63,894 nt of DNA, filler included, from Candidatus Nezhaarchaeota archaeon WYZ-LMO8 (GCA_004347965.1; 4 parts of 3 records of this genome joined end to end with filler, not necessarily neighbours in it), one strand, 5' to 3'; positions 30,386 through 40,716 are shown, counted from the first letter of the whole stretch. Program-made: numbers and translations. Notes: generated by a model not told the origin, from the sequence alone.

Positions 30386-30895
30386 ATGAGCAAGATCGGA
30401 ATAAGATTTGGAGAAGCACTTGTCGGCGATGGCGCTGAAGTAGCCCACATAGACTTAATAGTAGGGGACAAGGAAGGCCCTGCTGGAATAGGGTTCGCAT
30501 TTGGACTTGCACATCAAAGTTATGGACACACAAAGCTCTTTGCAGTTTTAACACCAAACCTCCTCGTTAAGCCAGTAACGCTCATAGTTCCTAAGGTCAC
30601 GATAAGGAACATGAATCAAGTGGAGCTAATATTTGGTCCAGCTCAATACGCGGTAGCGAAGGCTGTAGCAGATAGTGTTGCTGAAGGATTAATACCTAAG
30701 GAACTAGCTGACGAGCTGGTAATAATATGCGGAGTTTTCATACACCCATCAGCTAAGGATAAAGACAAGGTTTTTAAGAACAATTACGAAGCCACAAAGT
30801 TAGCCATTAAGAGAGCTATGGCTGGAGAGCCCAAGGTAGAAGAGGTACTTGAAAAGAAGGATGCAGCCATCCATCCATTCTACCCTACAAAGTAG
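30386..30895 (+). CDS. fae: Formaldehyde-activating enzyme (5,10-methylene-H4MPT forming)
   Basis: GEALVGDGAEVAHIDL, GH..LFAVL.PNL..KP, FGPAQ.AVAKAVAD, FIHP, NYEATKLAIKRA. Confidence 0.95.
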   Translation: MSKIGIRFGEALVGDGAEVAHIDLIVGDKEGPAGIGFAFGLAHQSYGHTKLFAVLTPNLLVKPVTLIVPKVTIRNMNQVELIFGPAQYAVAKAVADSVAEGLIPKELADELVIICGVFIHPSAKDKDKVFKNNYEATKLAIKRAMAGEPKVEEVLEKKDAAIHPFYPTK

Positions 30896-30978
30896 AATGA
30901 AAACATCAACTTCTTTACTTTCACAATTTTCTTGAGAGGAATCTTTAAGTTCCTGTTTAAAGCATCTCTTACCTTAAG

Positions 30979-31256
30979 ATGCTCATTAAAGTTGTCATCA
31001 TAAACTTAGACAGTGTTCTCTTGAACGTTGATGTGAGTGGGTTAATTTCGAGACTTAGAGAACTGCTTAAGATCGATAGCGACTTGAGAGGGTTGATAGC
31101 TGAGGCTATGCTCAGCTTCTCAGATAAGTCTAAGGCAGAAAAGATAGACGATATTCTAAGTGAATTTGAAGAGAGGACGGCCGAGGAAGCGTATGTAGAT
31201 CAAAACGATTTAGAGGCTATATGCACTTTAAAGGCCATAGGGGTTAAGCTAGCGCT
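30979..31256 (+). CDS. 5' part of a HAD-like protein, cut by the contig end
   Basis: IKVVIINLDSVL resembles a degenerate HAD motif I; helical cap; LKAIGVKLA. Confidence 0.45.
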
Positions 31257-31356
31257 NNNNNNNNNNNNNNNNNNNNNNNNNNNNNNNNNNNNNNNNNNNN
31301 TTAATTAATTAANNNNNNNNNNNNNNNNNNNNNNNNNNNNNNNNNNNNNNNNNNNN
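31257..31356. other. Artificial contig linker
   Basis: N-run + TTAATTAATTAA + N-run. Confidence 0.99.
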
Positions 31357-31357
31357 A

Positions 31358-32992
31358 ACCGCGCTCATCGCATATAACAATAGAGTATATCTTGGTACAA
31401 GAAATGGGTTAGTTTTCTGCGTCGATGAGAACGGGAGTATATTATGGAGGAGAACCTTAGAGAATAAAGTTGTTGTGGATTTAGCTTATGGCAACGGTAA
31501 GCTTTACGTGAACCTTGAATATAGCAAAAGCCTTTATGCATTAAACGCTGAAAATGGTGAGTCTGTCTGGACGTTTAATGGAGACGACTATTTGTCAGGA
31601 GTGGTATTCAAAAATAACTTGGTTTTAGTTAAGGAATATAATAGGAGGTTAATTGGGCTTTCGCCAAACGGCACGGTGATGTGGAAAAAGGAAGTAGGAG
31701 TTCAAAGCTTTTCTGTAGGAGAAGATGCCATTTACGTAGTTGATAGTAGAAGGGTTTCCGTACTCGACTTCCAGGGGAGAGATATAGGTAAGTTCGATTT
31801 GCCTGAGGAAGAGCGCTTCCATGAGTCTTACGGGATTGCAGTAGCCGCTAAAAAGATCTTAGCTCTCCCAGTATATGGTAAAAAGTACGGTCGCCTCTAC
31901 CTATTATGGAAGGGTATAATCCCCATCTTCAACTTAACCTATTCCGGGGAGGGAGCTATTTCCCCGAAGGTGAGTATAGCCTACGGCAGAATTTATGCCG
32001 TATTCTATACATATGATAGAATATTGCTTTATAAACTTCATGACGTCGAAAAGCCAGTTATTGTCTCGGCAGAGGCGGCGAGCGAAGTGTATGAGGGAGA
32101 GGAACTTGTCGTGAAGGCAAACATCTATGATAATAGGAGTGGAATATGCAGGGCCTTGTTAGCTTATAGTATCGACGGCGGCAAATGGAATTACGTAGAT
32201 ATGGATTTGGAGAGAAGATATATAGTTGAGCCAATATGTGGTTACGGTTTCACTGAAGAACCATATGTAGGTAAAATACCTGCTCAGCGTGCTGGCTCAA
32301 GAATCAGTTGGAGAGTCGTCGCAATAGATAATGTTGGCAATTACATCATGTCGCAAGAATATACCTGCCAAGTTATTGAGAAGAGAGACGTTAACCCTCC
32401 AGTAACCAGGGCTTTATATGAAGACATATGGCATAACGCAGATTTCACCATAACCTTGGAGGCTAACGATGACATGAGTGGGGTCGCGGAAACCTACTAT
32501 AGAATAAATAATGGTCCGGTCAAGAAAGTTAGTGTTGATGGTCATCCACTCATAACGGTGGAGGGCGCTAATAACACTCTAGAATATTGGAGCGTTGATA
32601 AGGCTGGGAACGAGGAGACTCACAAATTTATAACTGGCATAAAGCTGGACAAAAGTAGACCTATTGCAAATGCTGGGCAAGATCGGAAAGTAAACGTTGG
32701 TGACACGGTAGTCTTTGATGCAAGCGCATCAACGGATAATATAGGGATAGTTAGCTACGAGTGGGATTTTGGAGATGGGGAAAGTGGAACTGGTGTGAAA
32801 GTAACGCATATCTATAAGAAAGCTGGAACTTACACGGCAACCCTAACCGTGAAAGACCATGCTGGAAACGCTGGTATTCATAGTGTAACAGTTACCGTCA
32901 CGGAGGTATTCCCAACGCTACTAATAGTTGCAGCCATAATTTTTGCAGTAATCGTAATTGTAGCCGTAATCCTAATCTTGCGCCGCCGATAA
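31358..32992 (+). CDS. Membrane-anchored surface protein (PQQ-like propeller repeats, Ig-like domains, PKD), 5'-truncated
   Basis: Frame open from contig edge; ALNAENGESVW repeats, SVDKAGNEE, SYEWDFGDG, C-terminal TM + RRR. Confidence 0.85.
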   Translation, partial: TALIAYNNRVYLGTRNGLVFCVDENGSILWRRTLENKVVVDLAYGNGKLYVNLEYSKSLYALNAENGESVWTFNGDDYLSGVVFKNNLVLVKEYNRRLIGLSPNGTVMWKKEVGVQSFSVGEDAIYVVDSRRVSVLDFQGRDIGKFDLPEEERFHESYGIAVAAKKILALPVYGKKYGRLYLLWKGIIPIFNLTYSGEGAISPKVSIAYGRIYAVFYTYDRILLYKLHDVEKPVIVSAEAASEVYEGEELVVKANIYDNRSGICRALLAYSIDGGKWNYVDMDLERRYIVEPICGYGFTEEPYVGKIPAQRAGSRISWRVVAIDNVGNYIMSQEYTCQVIEKRDVNPPVTRALYEDIWHNADFTITLEANDDMSGVAETYYRINNGPVKKVSVDGHPLITVEGANNTLEYWSVDKAGNEETHKFITGIKLDKSRPIANAGQDRKVNVGDTVVFDASASTDNIGIVSYEWDFGDGESGTGVKVTHIYKKAGTYTATLTVKDHAGNAGIHSVTVTVTEVFPTLLIVAAIIFAVIVIVAVILILRRR

Positions 32993-33805
32993 GCAAAGAA
33001 GGATGCTTTGTATGCCTCCTCTAGAAGTTCATCTGTCTATAGAATCTTTATCAACGCAATCTCATTTCTATAGAACATTTGAAAATGAATGGGCTTTTCC
33101 TAGCCCAGAGAGGGATCTCAGAGATGAGTATACCCCAAGCGTACATTCAACCATCACTCCAATCCATGAGAAAGTAGTTGATGGGGTGCTTAGAGATCTG
33201 AGGGAGAGACCTCTATCTTGCTTAATCTTCCACCCACCAAAGTAGAAAGCATCATAGAAAGTCTCGGCTTAATAATGAGCTTAATAGCCCCAAAGAAATA
33301 GACATACCTTCATTAAGCAAGATGCTAAGAGGGAAAAATACATGAATATATGGTTCATCTATGTTAGAACCCATCATCCATGGACTTTAATCAAGCTCTT
33401 TGAAAACACTTTATGCGATGCAAATTCACTTTTTTAGTTACTAAAAAAGAAAATGTAAAATTTTAGGCAAAATTTATAGAGAGACTTGAACCCATTTTGG
33501 TATGGGTTCGGCCTGGCCCATTGCTTCCTCTTTCCCTGATATCTTGCTGAAAGATTCGGTCATGGCTACTACACTTTATGCAACATCCACCATTATGAGA
33601 CCCTTTATCTAACACGAGCTTTAGAGAAGCCCTTATGATGATTGATGATGACCTTAGTCTTGAAGTTCTTCCTGTCTCAAATAAGCTTTTCTAAATCTAT
33701 ACGACGTAAGTTGACATAATTTAAACTTCGACAAATAATCTTTCAAGTTGATTTCAAAGTCGCTGTTAGTTATTTTTAAGCCGTGACCTCAAAGCTATTG
33801 TATCC

Positions 33806-33991
33806 TTATCGCTTCGTAGCTCTCATCTTGCTCTTACTTAGAGAGATAATGTTCGCTAAAACTCTCTCTACATGATGTTGTGGAACTCCCAAGTCTATCA
33901 TTATACTTTCTATTTTACCTGGTTGTATGCCATGGCTCAACAAAACTTCAAGTATTCTCTCTAAAGTTAACTTCACAACCTTGCTTTTCAT
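33806..33991 (-). CDS. Small hypothetical protein coupled to the TFB paralog
   Basis: ATG at 33991 lies 1 nt after the TFB-paralog stop. Confidence 0.5.
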   Translation of the reverse strand: MKSKVVKLTLERILEVLLSHGIQPGKIESIMIDLGVPQHHVERVLANIISLSKSKMRATKR

Positions 33992-33992
33992 G

Positions 33993-34949
33993 TTAATCGC
34001 CGAACACATGTCTTCTGAAAATCTTGTAATAAATCTCTCTTATGGTAAATGGGCTAACTTCCAGTACAGAGCTTAGGGTCTTTTGTGTCAACACGTCTTT
34101 CCACTGATGCTTCAAGGCTAGTATCTTGTCAGCTGTATAGATAGCTGCAGCAACGAGAGATAGAGGACTCTTTCCACAGTTCATCCTCTTGTTAAGCAAC
34201 GAGACTGCTTCAACATAGAGTTCTCTTGAATACAGAAGTGGATCTATGCTATTCTTTATGAGCTTTCTTTTCACCCTCTCATCCATCATCACTCTTCTTA
34301 TAGCTATTGAGAGGAGCTCCTCAATCCTTCTATGCCTAACAACAACCCCTACGGCTTTCCTCAGCATAAATAATGCTTTAAAGAGGTCGCTGACTGAAAT
34401 GCTGAAACCTATTTTCCTTAAATGCGACATTATTTGCTTTAAAGTTAAATCGCAACTTCTACATCTTTCCTTCATTGCTATGTAGAAGCTAGCAACTATT
34501 AGTGCTACGTGATTCTTCCTCACGTGTCTCATCCTAATTGCAGTAACGTAGTAAATCTCTATAGTTCTCCTCCTAATTATCGATGAGAATTGCGTTGGTA
34601 TTAATGAACATAACGACAATAGGACAGCATAAGCCTTCCTAACAGCCTTTACTGAAAGCTTGTCGATATAGTACCGTTGGATGAAGTCTAGCTTGTTAAA
34701 ATGCTTTAACGCTTTAGTTTCACTAATGCTCCTTTTCACGTCAGTTCCATGCCAAGATATTGATGCCTTGAAAGGTGTCCGGTTCAGTACCTCAAAGTGC
34801 TGTGGGCTGCTGGCCCCTTTAATTTGTGTTTTAGAAAGAGAGTTTATCTTGACATCTTCATGAACTAGCCCACAATCTTCACATATGTACTCTCCGCTTT
34901 CTGAAAGCACTAAGAGTCCACCGCATTCATTACACAGGGTCTGAGACAA
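33993..34949 (-). CDS. Divergent transcription initiation factor IIB (TFB) paralog
   Basis: CNECGG..YICEDCGLV Zn ribbon; cyclin repeats with GKSPLSLVAAAIY and LTQ..LS.V..VS..TIR. Confidence 0.8.
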   Translation of the reverse strand: MSQTLCNECGGLLVLSESGEYICEDCGLVHEDVKINSLSKTQIKGASSPQHFEVLNRTPFKASISWHGTDVKRSISETKALKHFNKLDFIQRYYIDKLSVKAVRKAYAVLLSLCSLIPTQFSSIIRRRTIEIYYVTAIRMRHVRKNHVALIVASFYIAMKERCRSCDLTLKQIMSHLRKIGFSISVSDLFKALFMLRKAVGVVVRHRRIEELLSIAIRRVMMDERVKRKLIKNSIDPLLYSRELYVEAVSLLNKRMNCGKSPLSLVAAAIYTADKILALKHQWKDVLTQKTLSSVLEVSPFTIREIYYKIFRRHVFGD

Positions 34950-35099
34950 TTATCATCGCCGAGGATCACCACATAGCACGTAGGAATTAAAGTTTATGTT
35001 GTAGCTATTAAATGAGCATTATTAAGAGCACCTCAGAGAATATGATAACTTAACCTTTCTTCTCCTAGAATGGTTAGGGGAGAGGGGTGAGTGAAAGTT

Positions 35100-35474
35100 T
35101 TACAATATTTTTAATCCTACGTAAACTTTGTCTCCAACCTTCATCTTCTTATGAAGTCCCTTACCCTCTATCCTAACCTGCAGTCCTCCTATAGATCCAT
35201 ACACAAGCCCTTTCTCTTCTTTACCTCGCTTGATTTTTTCAACATTATACAATGTGCAAAGAAATAAGCCGTCTACCTCGCCTTCAATACTTGCATCGGT
35301 GCACATAATTACTCGCACCTTCCCTCCCTCTTTAATTTGAAGGAGGGTTTGGGGAATTTCAAGCGTAATATTAACGGTTTCTGGAGTAAGCAGTTTTATG
35401 ATGTTTAAACCCTTCAAATTACTTTTCTCAATTTTAGCTACCTCGCCTTGAGTATCCAATAATACGTTCGTCAT
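35100..35474 (-). CDS. rpoG: RNA polymerase subunit G (Rpb8 ortholog)
   Basis: KIEKSNLKGLNII, SIGGL.VRI, VGDKVY; adjacent to SmAP3 and tgtA as in Crenarchaeota. Confidence 0.75.
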   Translation of the reverse strand: MTNVLLDTQGEVAKIEKSNLKGLNIIKLLTPETVNITLEIPQTLLQIKEGGKVRVIMCTDASIEGEVDGLFLCTLYNVEKIKRGKEEKGLVYGSIGGLQVRIEGKGLHKKMKVGDKVYVGLKIL

Positions 35475-35559
35475 GTACTACACCTGCAAAGAAAAAATTA
35501 AGTGAAAATATAAATTAATTTGCATACCCTGCAAACTTTAGGATTAGCAAAATAGTGAG

Positions 35560-36018
35560 GTGCTCTATGAAGTGAGTAGCTTCCAGCCCCTAGCTTCACG
35601 TAGATTTCTAACAGAGTTATCTTCCCTTCTAGACAAGAGAGTGAAGGTTGTAATGACGAGTGGATCTTCTTATGAAGGCAAACTTATAGCTTACGATCAG
35701 AACACTCTTAGCCTTATATTAGCTAATGCAAAGGATGAGAAGGGAAGTGTTTATGCAAGGATCCTTATAAATGGTCACCATGTTGCTCAGATTCTAAGGC
35801 TCGAAGAGCCCTTTGACCTAAAGGGATTAGCTGAGGTTCTTGAAAAAGCTTTTCCAAACATGGTGGTGTTACACGAAGACACTGGCGTCATAACCGTGAT
35901 GGATAGAGTGCGCGTCTCAGAAGCCGGCGTCATAGAGGGTTCGGGTCCCATAGCTGAAAGAGTTAAAAAGATATTTGAAGAGTTCGTGACTTCAAAACAA
36001 GCTCAAAGCAAAGCGTGA
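35560..36018 (+). CDS. Sm-like protein with C-terminal domain (SmAP3); start may be GTG 35572
   Basis: Sm fold LDKRVKV..G..YEGKL.AYD..L.L.L.NA plus FDLK.LAE.LE..FP.MV extension. Confidence 0.88.
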   Translation: MLYEVSSFQPLASRRFLTELSSLLDKRVKVVMTSGSSYEGKLIAYDQNTLSLILANAKDEKGSVYARILINGHHVAQILRLEEPFDLKGLAEVLEKAFPNMVVLHEDTGVITVMDRVRVSEAGVIEGSGPIAERVKKIFEEFVTSKQAQSKA

Positions 36019-36019
36019 A

Positions 36020-37615
36020 ATGACGTTTGAAGTCTTAGACAAGGACTTAGCTGGAAGAATAGGGAAGCTAAGAACGAGAAGAGGCATCATAGAGACTCCA
36101 TATCTTTTCCCAGTAATAAATCCATTCGATACGACTATTACTGTCGGAGACATCGAGAAATTAGGCTTCAATGCTTTCATAACGAACATCCTGCACGTAC
36201 GAAGGGCAATGCAAGAATATGGGGTAACTGATGTTCACGAGCTCTTGAGTTTTCCCGGTCCGATAATGACGGATTCAGGAGCTTATCAGTTGCTAGTGTA
36301 CGGACATGTTGACATAACTCCTGATGAGGTAATTGTCCTTCAGGAAAAGTGTGGTAGTGATATAGCCGTAATACTTGACTTTCCAACTGGGGAGACACCC
36401 TATAGCGAAGCATCGTATAGAGTTAATGAAACACTGAAGAGAGCTAAAGCTCTATGGTCAATAAGGACCGATGAGACAATATTATGGGTGGGCCCTGTTC
36501 AAGGAGCACCATACATCGACTTAGTAAAGTACTGTGCAGAGGAGCTTTCGACATTAAACTTCGACATCTACGCTATAGGAAGCCCTACAACTATCATGGA
36601 ATCTTACAACTATGAAGTATTGGTTGACATTATTTTCGCGGCTAAAAAAACGTTACCTCTAGGAAAACCAGTCCACCTGTTTGGAGCAGGTCACCCAATG
36701 ATGCTGTCACTAGCTGTAGCGCTAGGTTGCGATCTCTTCGACTCCGCCTCATACATTCTTTATGCAAAGGAATCTAGGTACATGGCGCATGATGGTACCT
36801 ATAAGTTACAAGACTTAGAGTACTTTCCCTGTTCCTGTCCCGTATGTTCAAGGTATACACCACAAGAAGTAAGTGAGATGGCTGATGGTAAAGTAAAGCT
36901 GCTAGCCCTCCACAACTTGTACATGCTTGGAAGTGAGATTCGAAGAATTAAGCAAGCAATAAAAGAAGGAACATTGTGGGGATACGTTTCTTTAAGGTTA
37001 AGGTCACATCCACGACTTTTTTCAGTATTTTCGAAGTTTAAGAAGTACAGTTTTTTCCTTGAACGTCTAGATCCAGTAACTAAACCCTCAATATCCGGGC
37101 TTTTCTTCTACGGTTATCACGATTCTTTTAACCCTAAGGTTGTAAGACACTTTAAAAAGCTTAAGAACTGCTTGCACCACCTTCGATGGAACGTCTTGGT
37201 TCTACTACCTAGAAAAGATGAAGCTCTCTCAAGCTCTTTCATTAAGAAGCTGATGGAAAAGATTCGCAACGAAATTAGAGGTTTCGAAAATATTAAATTT
37301 CTCTTTTATGACTTCCCATTCTGCCTAATTCCACTGGAGCTTGAAGGTGTCTATCCTCTATCGCAATACGAGGTGCCTAGTAAAATTGACATGTTAACCA
37401 AGCGCTACGTATCTATAAAGATTAGTGAGCTTTTAAGTATCTTAAGACCCAGGAGCATCGTTCTATACAATGATTTAAAACGATGGGGTAAGCATATAGA
37501 AGCTGCGTGTAGAAAATCTTGTGATAACATTAAAGTTCTTCACACAAAAGAACCTTACGAGCTCAGAGATTTAGAAGTTCTACTTCTCCTCTTGAAAGAG
37601 ATCGCTGGACAATAG
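36020..37615 (+). CDS. tgtA: Archaeosine tRNA-guanine(15) transglycosylase
   Basis: DLAGRIGKL, MTDSGAYQ, HLFGAGHP, DLFDSASY, CSCPVC..HN. Confidence 0.93.
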   Translation: MTFEVLDKDLAGRIGKLRTRRGIIETPYLFPVINPFDTTITVGDIEKLGFNAFITNILHVRRAMQEYGVTDVHELLSFPGPIMTDSGAYQLLVYGHVDITPDEVIVLQEKCGSDIAVILDFPTGETPYSEASYRVNETLKRAKALWSIRTDETILWVGPVQGAPYIDLVKYCAEELSTLNFDIYAIGSPTTIMESYNYEVLVDIIFAAKKTLPLGKPVHLFGAGHPMMLSLAVALGCDLFDSASYILYAKESRYMAHDGTYKLQDLEYFPCSCPVCSRYTPQEVSEMADGKVKLLALHNLYMLGSEIRRIKQAIKEGTLWGYVSLRLRSHPRLFSVFSKFKKYSFFLERLDPVTKPSISGLFFYGYHDSFNPKVVRHFKKLKNCLHHLRWNVLVLLPRKDEALSSSFIKKLMEKIRNEIRGFENIKFLFYDFPFCLIPLELEGVYPLSQYEVPSKIDMLTKRYVSIKISELLSILRPRSIVLYNDLKRWGKHIEAACRKSCDNIKVLHTKEPYELRDLEVLLLLLKEIAGQ

Positions 37616-37636
37616 CGGCTTCCGCTGCGCTTTGAA

Positions 37637-38353
37637 TTAAATGTATAATGCACTCGTCTCAGCCCTCATTCTCTCCTGTCTTCTTCTCAAATTCTCTTCA
37701 ATTTCAGCTTCTATCTTCTGAGCATCCTCTATTAATTGCTCGGTATTCACCTTAATTCCATAAATTTCACTGTAGTATTGTATTGCAATAGCTGCAGCCA
37801 TAGGATCGGGTCGTAAGGCATTCGCATAAGCTAATACTGCTAAGGCTGGGAAGTCTAATTGCTCAAACTTCATTAGCATCAATGCTAAGGGGCCAGTTAT
37901 GTATAAGCCTTTGTCTAATACCTTGTATCTTCGCCCTACCACTTTGTCCATGGCTTTTGTAGTAGCAGCAAACTTAGCCTTGTCTTCTTCACTCTCCCTC
38001 TTCACTCTCAAGTCTAGACCGCCGATAAGGAATGCCTCAACAAACGTTTTGGCTGTCCACTCGCATATTTTGTCTATGAACGTGTAAAGATCTGGTATGG
38101 GTGGCACGAACTCTACTAGCATAAATACGTGGTTCTGATGTTTAAAGAGCTGTATTGGAGTTGCTAACCTGTTATCTTCCATCCATACATAGGGAGGCAT
38201 CCTCCTCAACATCACAAAGCCTATGGGCTTAGCGTTCAATGTAGAGATCATGTACTTAACGGCTATATACCCAGTCATCCCCATTCCTTGAAATCCAGTG
38301 ACAAATACAGGATCTCTAGGTATATCGTCTTTAAGCATTATGCTTATCGTCAT
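37637..38353 (-). CDS. PAC2-family proteasome assembly chaperone
   Basis: GFQGMGMTGYIA, IGG, GPLA, PDPMAAA. Confidence 0.88.
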   Translation of the reverse strand: MTISIMLKDDIPRDPVFVTGFQGMGMTGYIAVKYMISTLNAKPIGFVMLRRMPPYVWMEDNRLATPIQLFKHQNHVFMLVEFVPPIPDLYTFIDKICEWTAKTFVEAFLIGGLDLRVKRESEEDKAKFAATTKAMDKVVGRRYKVLDKGLYITGPLALMLMKFEQLDFPALAVLAYANALRPDPMAAAIAIQYYSEIYGIKVNTEQLIEDAQKIEAEIEENLRRRQERMRAETSALYI

Positions 38354-38571
38354 CTGTCAAAGCCCCTTTCCAGTTAAGATTAAGACATTAAGTCTGAGAC
38401 TTAAAGATAGCTTTCCATTGAAAACTTAAAATTATTACATACTGTATAAAAACTTGCCCAATTATCGTGGTAGTATAACGAGGAGGTACTCTGATACGCC
38501 GGTTGTAATCATTTCAGAAAATTCCTGTTAATTGATGTAGTTCTATAAAATGCTTTAGTCGAGAGTTATAT

Positions 38572-40716
38572 GTGATGTCGATCTCATGCATCACTGATGG
38601 TTGTATAAGAACGTCGTTTAAAGATGGAAAGCATCTTCTCATAATGAAGTGTCGACACGGCCAGCCGGATCCAATAAGCAACGAGATTTGCAGAGGAAAG
38701 TTGTTTTTGAAGTTGTCGCTACTAAGCAAGTCTCCAAAAAGAATAATGATCTTTTCACAGGAGGGCAACACCATTGTAAAGTACAGCTCCTCAACGGTGA
38801 AGCTACTAAGTGACTATTCATGTAGGCTTTCTAGGCTTAGGAAGTTGCTTATGAATCTTTGGATTAGAGGAGAGCTTATTTGTCCCCTATATACAACGCC
38901 TTCCCGTTCTCATTCTTGTCCTCTGTACGAAGAGGTCATAGCTTGCAAAGACCATTTGCTATTTTTCCACACAATGGGCATTGCCTATACTCATCCCTTC
39001 AGCTTCTTTGATTTTTTAAAGCAAGCTACTCATAAAGTTAAAGGAGTAAATTGTAAAAACAAGAAATGCATCAAGAAGCTTAGAGACCTCTTAACTCTCT
39101 TTCTAAAAGAGATAGAAAACTCTAAGATAATACATCTTTTAAGGTCTTATCACGATAGCTTAAGTGATGAAGTCTATCGTGAAGTATTTCGTTCACATAT
39201 GGTAAGTGAGAGGACATTACACGAGCTTACAGACAAAAGATTTCTCGTTAAAGAATATGAGGTTGATGTCTACCGAGTAAGGATATATGAATCTCAAGGT
39301 ATGGAATGCATTTATCATATTTCGTTAAGTCTTCCTTACATTGCGAAGTTCTTCTTCAAAACGTTGGTTGATAATATTAGTGAGACTGTATTGAGTCAAA
39401 CCATAAACCTTGATTTCCTATGGGAAAAAACCTACTTCTTAAGAGAAAAGTTTAAAGAGCTATTAAGGATTAAGAGAGTCATTAACGACGATGATCATCT
39501 TCTCACTCAAAAGCTGGCATCCTATTCAACATATAAGATCTTGGGCATTCATAAGCTGATGCCTTTCTTGTTAGATAGAAATGTTGATGAGATTTACTTA
39601 GACAAGCCTGGAACAAGAGTTTATTTAGACCACGTTGAGGTTGGGCGTTGCGTGAGTAATATAGTGTTAACGAATGAAGACGTTAAGTGTTTCATAAACC
39701 ATATATTACTGGAAAGTAAGCTACCATTAAACTACTTAAATCCGTCATTGAAGTGGAATCTTAGAATTAACGATTACATTGTTAGAGTCTCAGTGGATAC
39801 ACCTCCCCTTTCGTATGAAGGTCCATCTCTCGACCTCAGGAAGATTAAGCATAGAAGCTACACGATTATCGACCTTATTCATGACAATGTGCTCTCAGTA
39901 GAGGAAGCAGCCTTCTTGATTCTTCACATCTTAAGCAGAAGGAACATCATAATATGTGGCGAACCTGGAACTGGTAAAACGACATTGATGAATGCTCTAG
40001 ACCTATGTACTCCTAGGAACTGGCGTAAGATATACGTGGAAGACGTTGTTGAAAGTTTAGATCATAGGATTCAAGGTCGCCATCAGCTCAAGCTACATGT
40101 AGAGCCTTTCGAGACACAGAAGAGAGCTCGTAGAAAGTACGTGGAGATGATAAAGCTCTTGCATAGAACCCCAGATTGGATTTGCATGGGCGAGTTGCAG
40201 TCTAAGGAGCATTTTAAAGCCATGTTTCATGCAATTACTGCAGGGCTTCGAGGAATGCATACCTGTCATGCATCGTCTGCTCAGGGTTTAATAAGGCGTT
40301 GGCTATTGCACTGCGATATCTCCAAAGAAGATGTCATCGGAATGGACCTATTAATTCACATGGTAAAGTGTTATCGAGGTTCTAAGGTATTGAGACGCAT
40401 AGCTGAAATTTGGGCTGTGGGCTCGTCAGGACGAAATTCCATTGATGTACTTGACATCCCTCTAACTCTCGTGTTCAAATGGGATCCCCAAGAAGATTCT
40501 CATAAGGCAGCTATTGATGACATCTTTAAATCGCCATCCATATATAGGATGATAGAGGTGGGTAATGATTATGAGATGTTGAGAAGGGAGTACGAAGAAT
40601 TGATAGCATCTTTAAGCATGCTGATGAAGAGAGATCATCTAGACACTACAACCTTTACTAAAGCATTCGATGAACTTGTTAAACGGCTCATAGCGGGAGG
40701 CATTTATGTTGTTTGA
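38572..40716 (+). CDS. Type II/IV secretion (pilus assembly) ATPase with Cys-rich N-terminus
   Basis: Walker A GEPGTGKTT, YVED, PDWICMGE, HTCHA. Confidence 0.88.
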   Translation: MMSISCITDGCIRTSFKDGKHLLIMKCRHGQPDPISNEICRGKLFLKLSLLSKSPKRIMIFSQEGNTIVKYSSSTVKLLSDYSCRLSRLRKLLMNLWIRGELICPLYTTPSRSHSCPLYEEVIACKDHLLFFHTMGIAYTHPFSFFDFLKQATHKVKGVNCKNKKCIKKLRDLLTLFLKEIENSKIIHLLRSYHDSLSDEVYREVFRSHMVSERTLHELTDKRFLVKEYEVDVYRVRIYESQGMECIYHISLSLPYIAKFFFKTLVDNISETVLSQTINLDFLWEKTYFLREKFKELLRIKRVINDDDHLLTQKLASYSTYKILGIHKLMPFLLDRNVDEIYLDKPGTRVYLDHVEVGRCVSNIVLTNEDVKCFINHILLESKLPLNYLNPSLKWNLRINDYIVRVSVDTPPLSYEGPSLDLRKIKHRSYTIIDLIHDNVLSVEEAAFLILHILSRRNIIICGEPGTGKTTLMNALDLCTPRNWRKIYVEDVVESLDHRIQGRHQLKLHVEPFETQKRARRKYVEMIKLLHRTPDWICMGELQSKEHFKAMFHAITAGLRGMHTCHASSAQGLIRRWLLHCDISKEDVIGMDLLIHMVKCYRGSKVLRRIAEIWAVGSSGRNSIDVLDIPLTLVFKWDPQEDSHKAAIDDIFKSPSIYRMIEVGNDYEMLRREYEELIASLSMLMKRDHLDTTTFTKAFDELVKRLIAGGIYVV

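Noticed and set aside
33003..33245. 80-aa ORF
   Set aside because: No recognisable motif or RBS; may be decayed sequence
33500..33660. T-loop-like GGGTTCAAGTC (minus strand, near 33490) and ATGATGA C-box-like words
   Set aside because: No cloverleaf, and no matching D box or terminal stem
33250..33800. Possible replication origin in the AT-rich gap
   Set aside because: No ORB motifs and no adjacent cdc6/orc1
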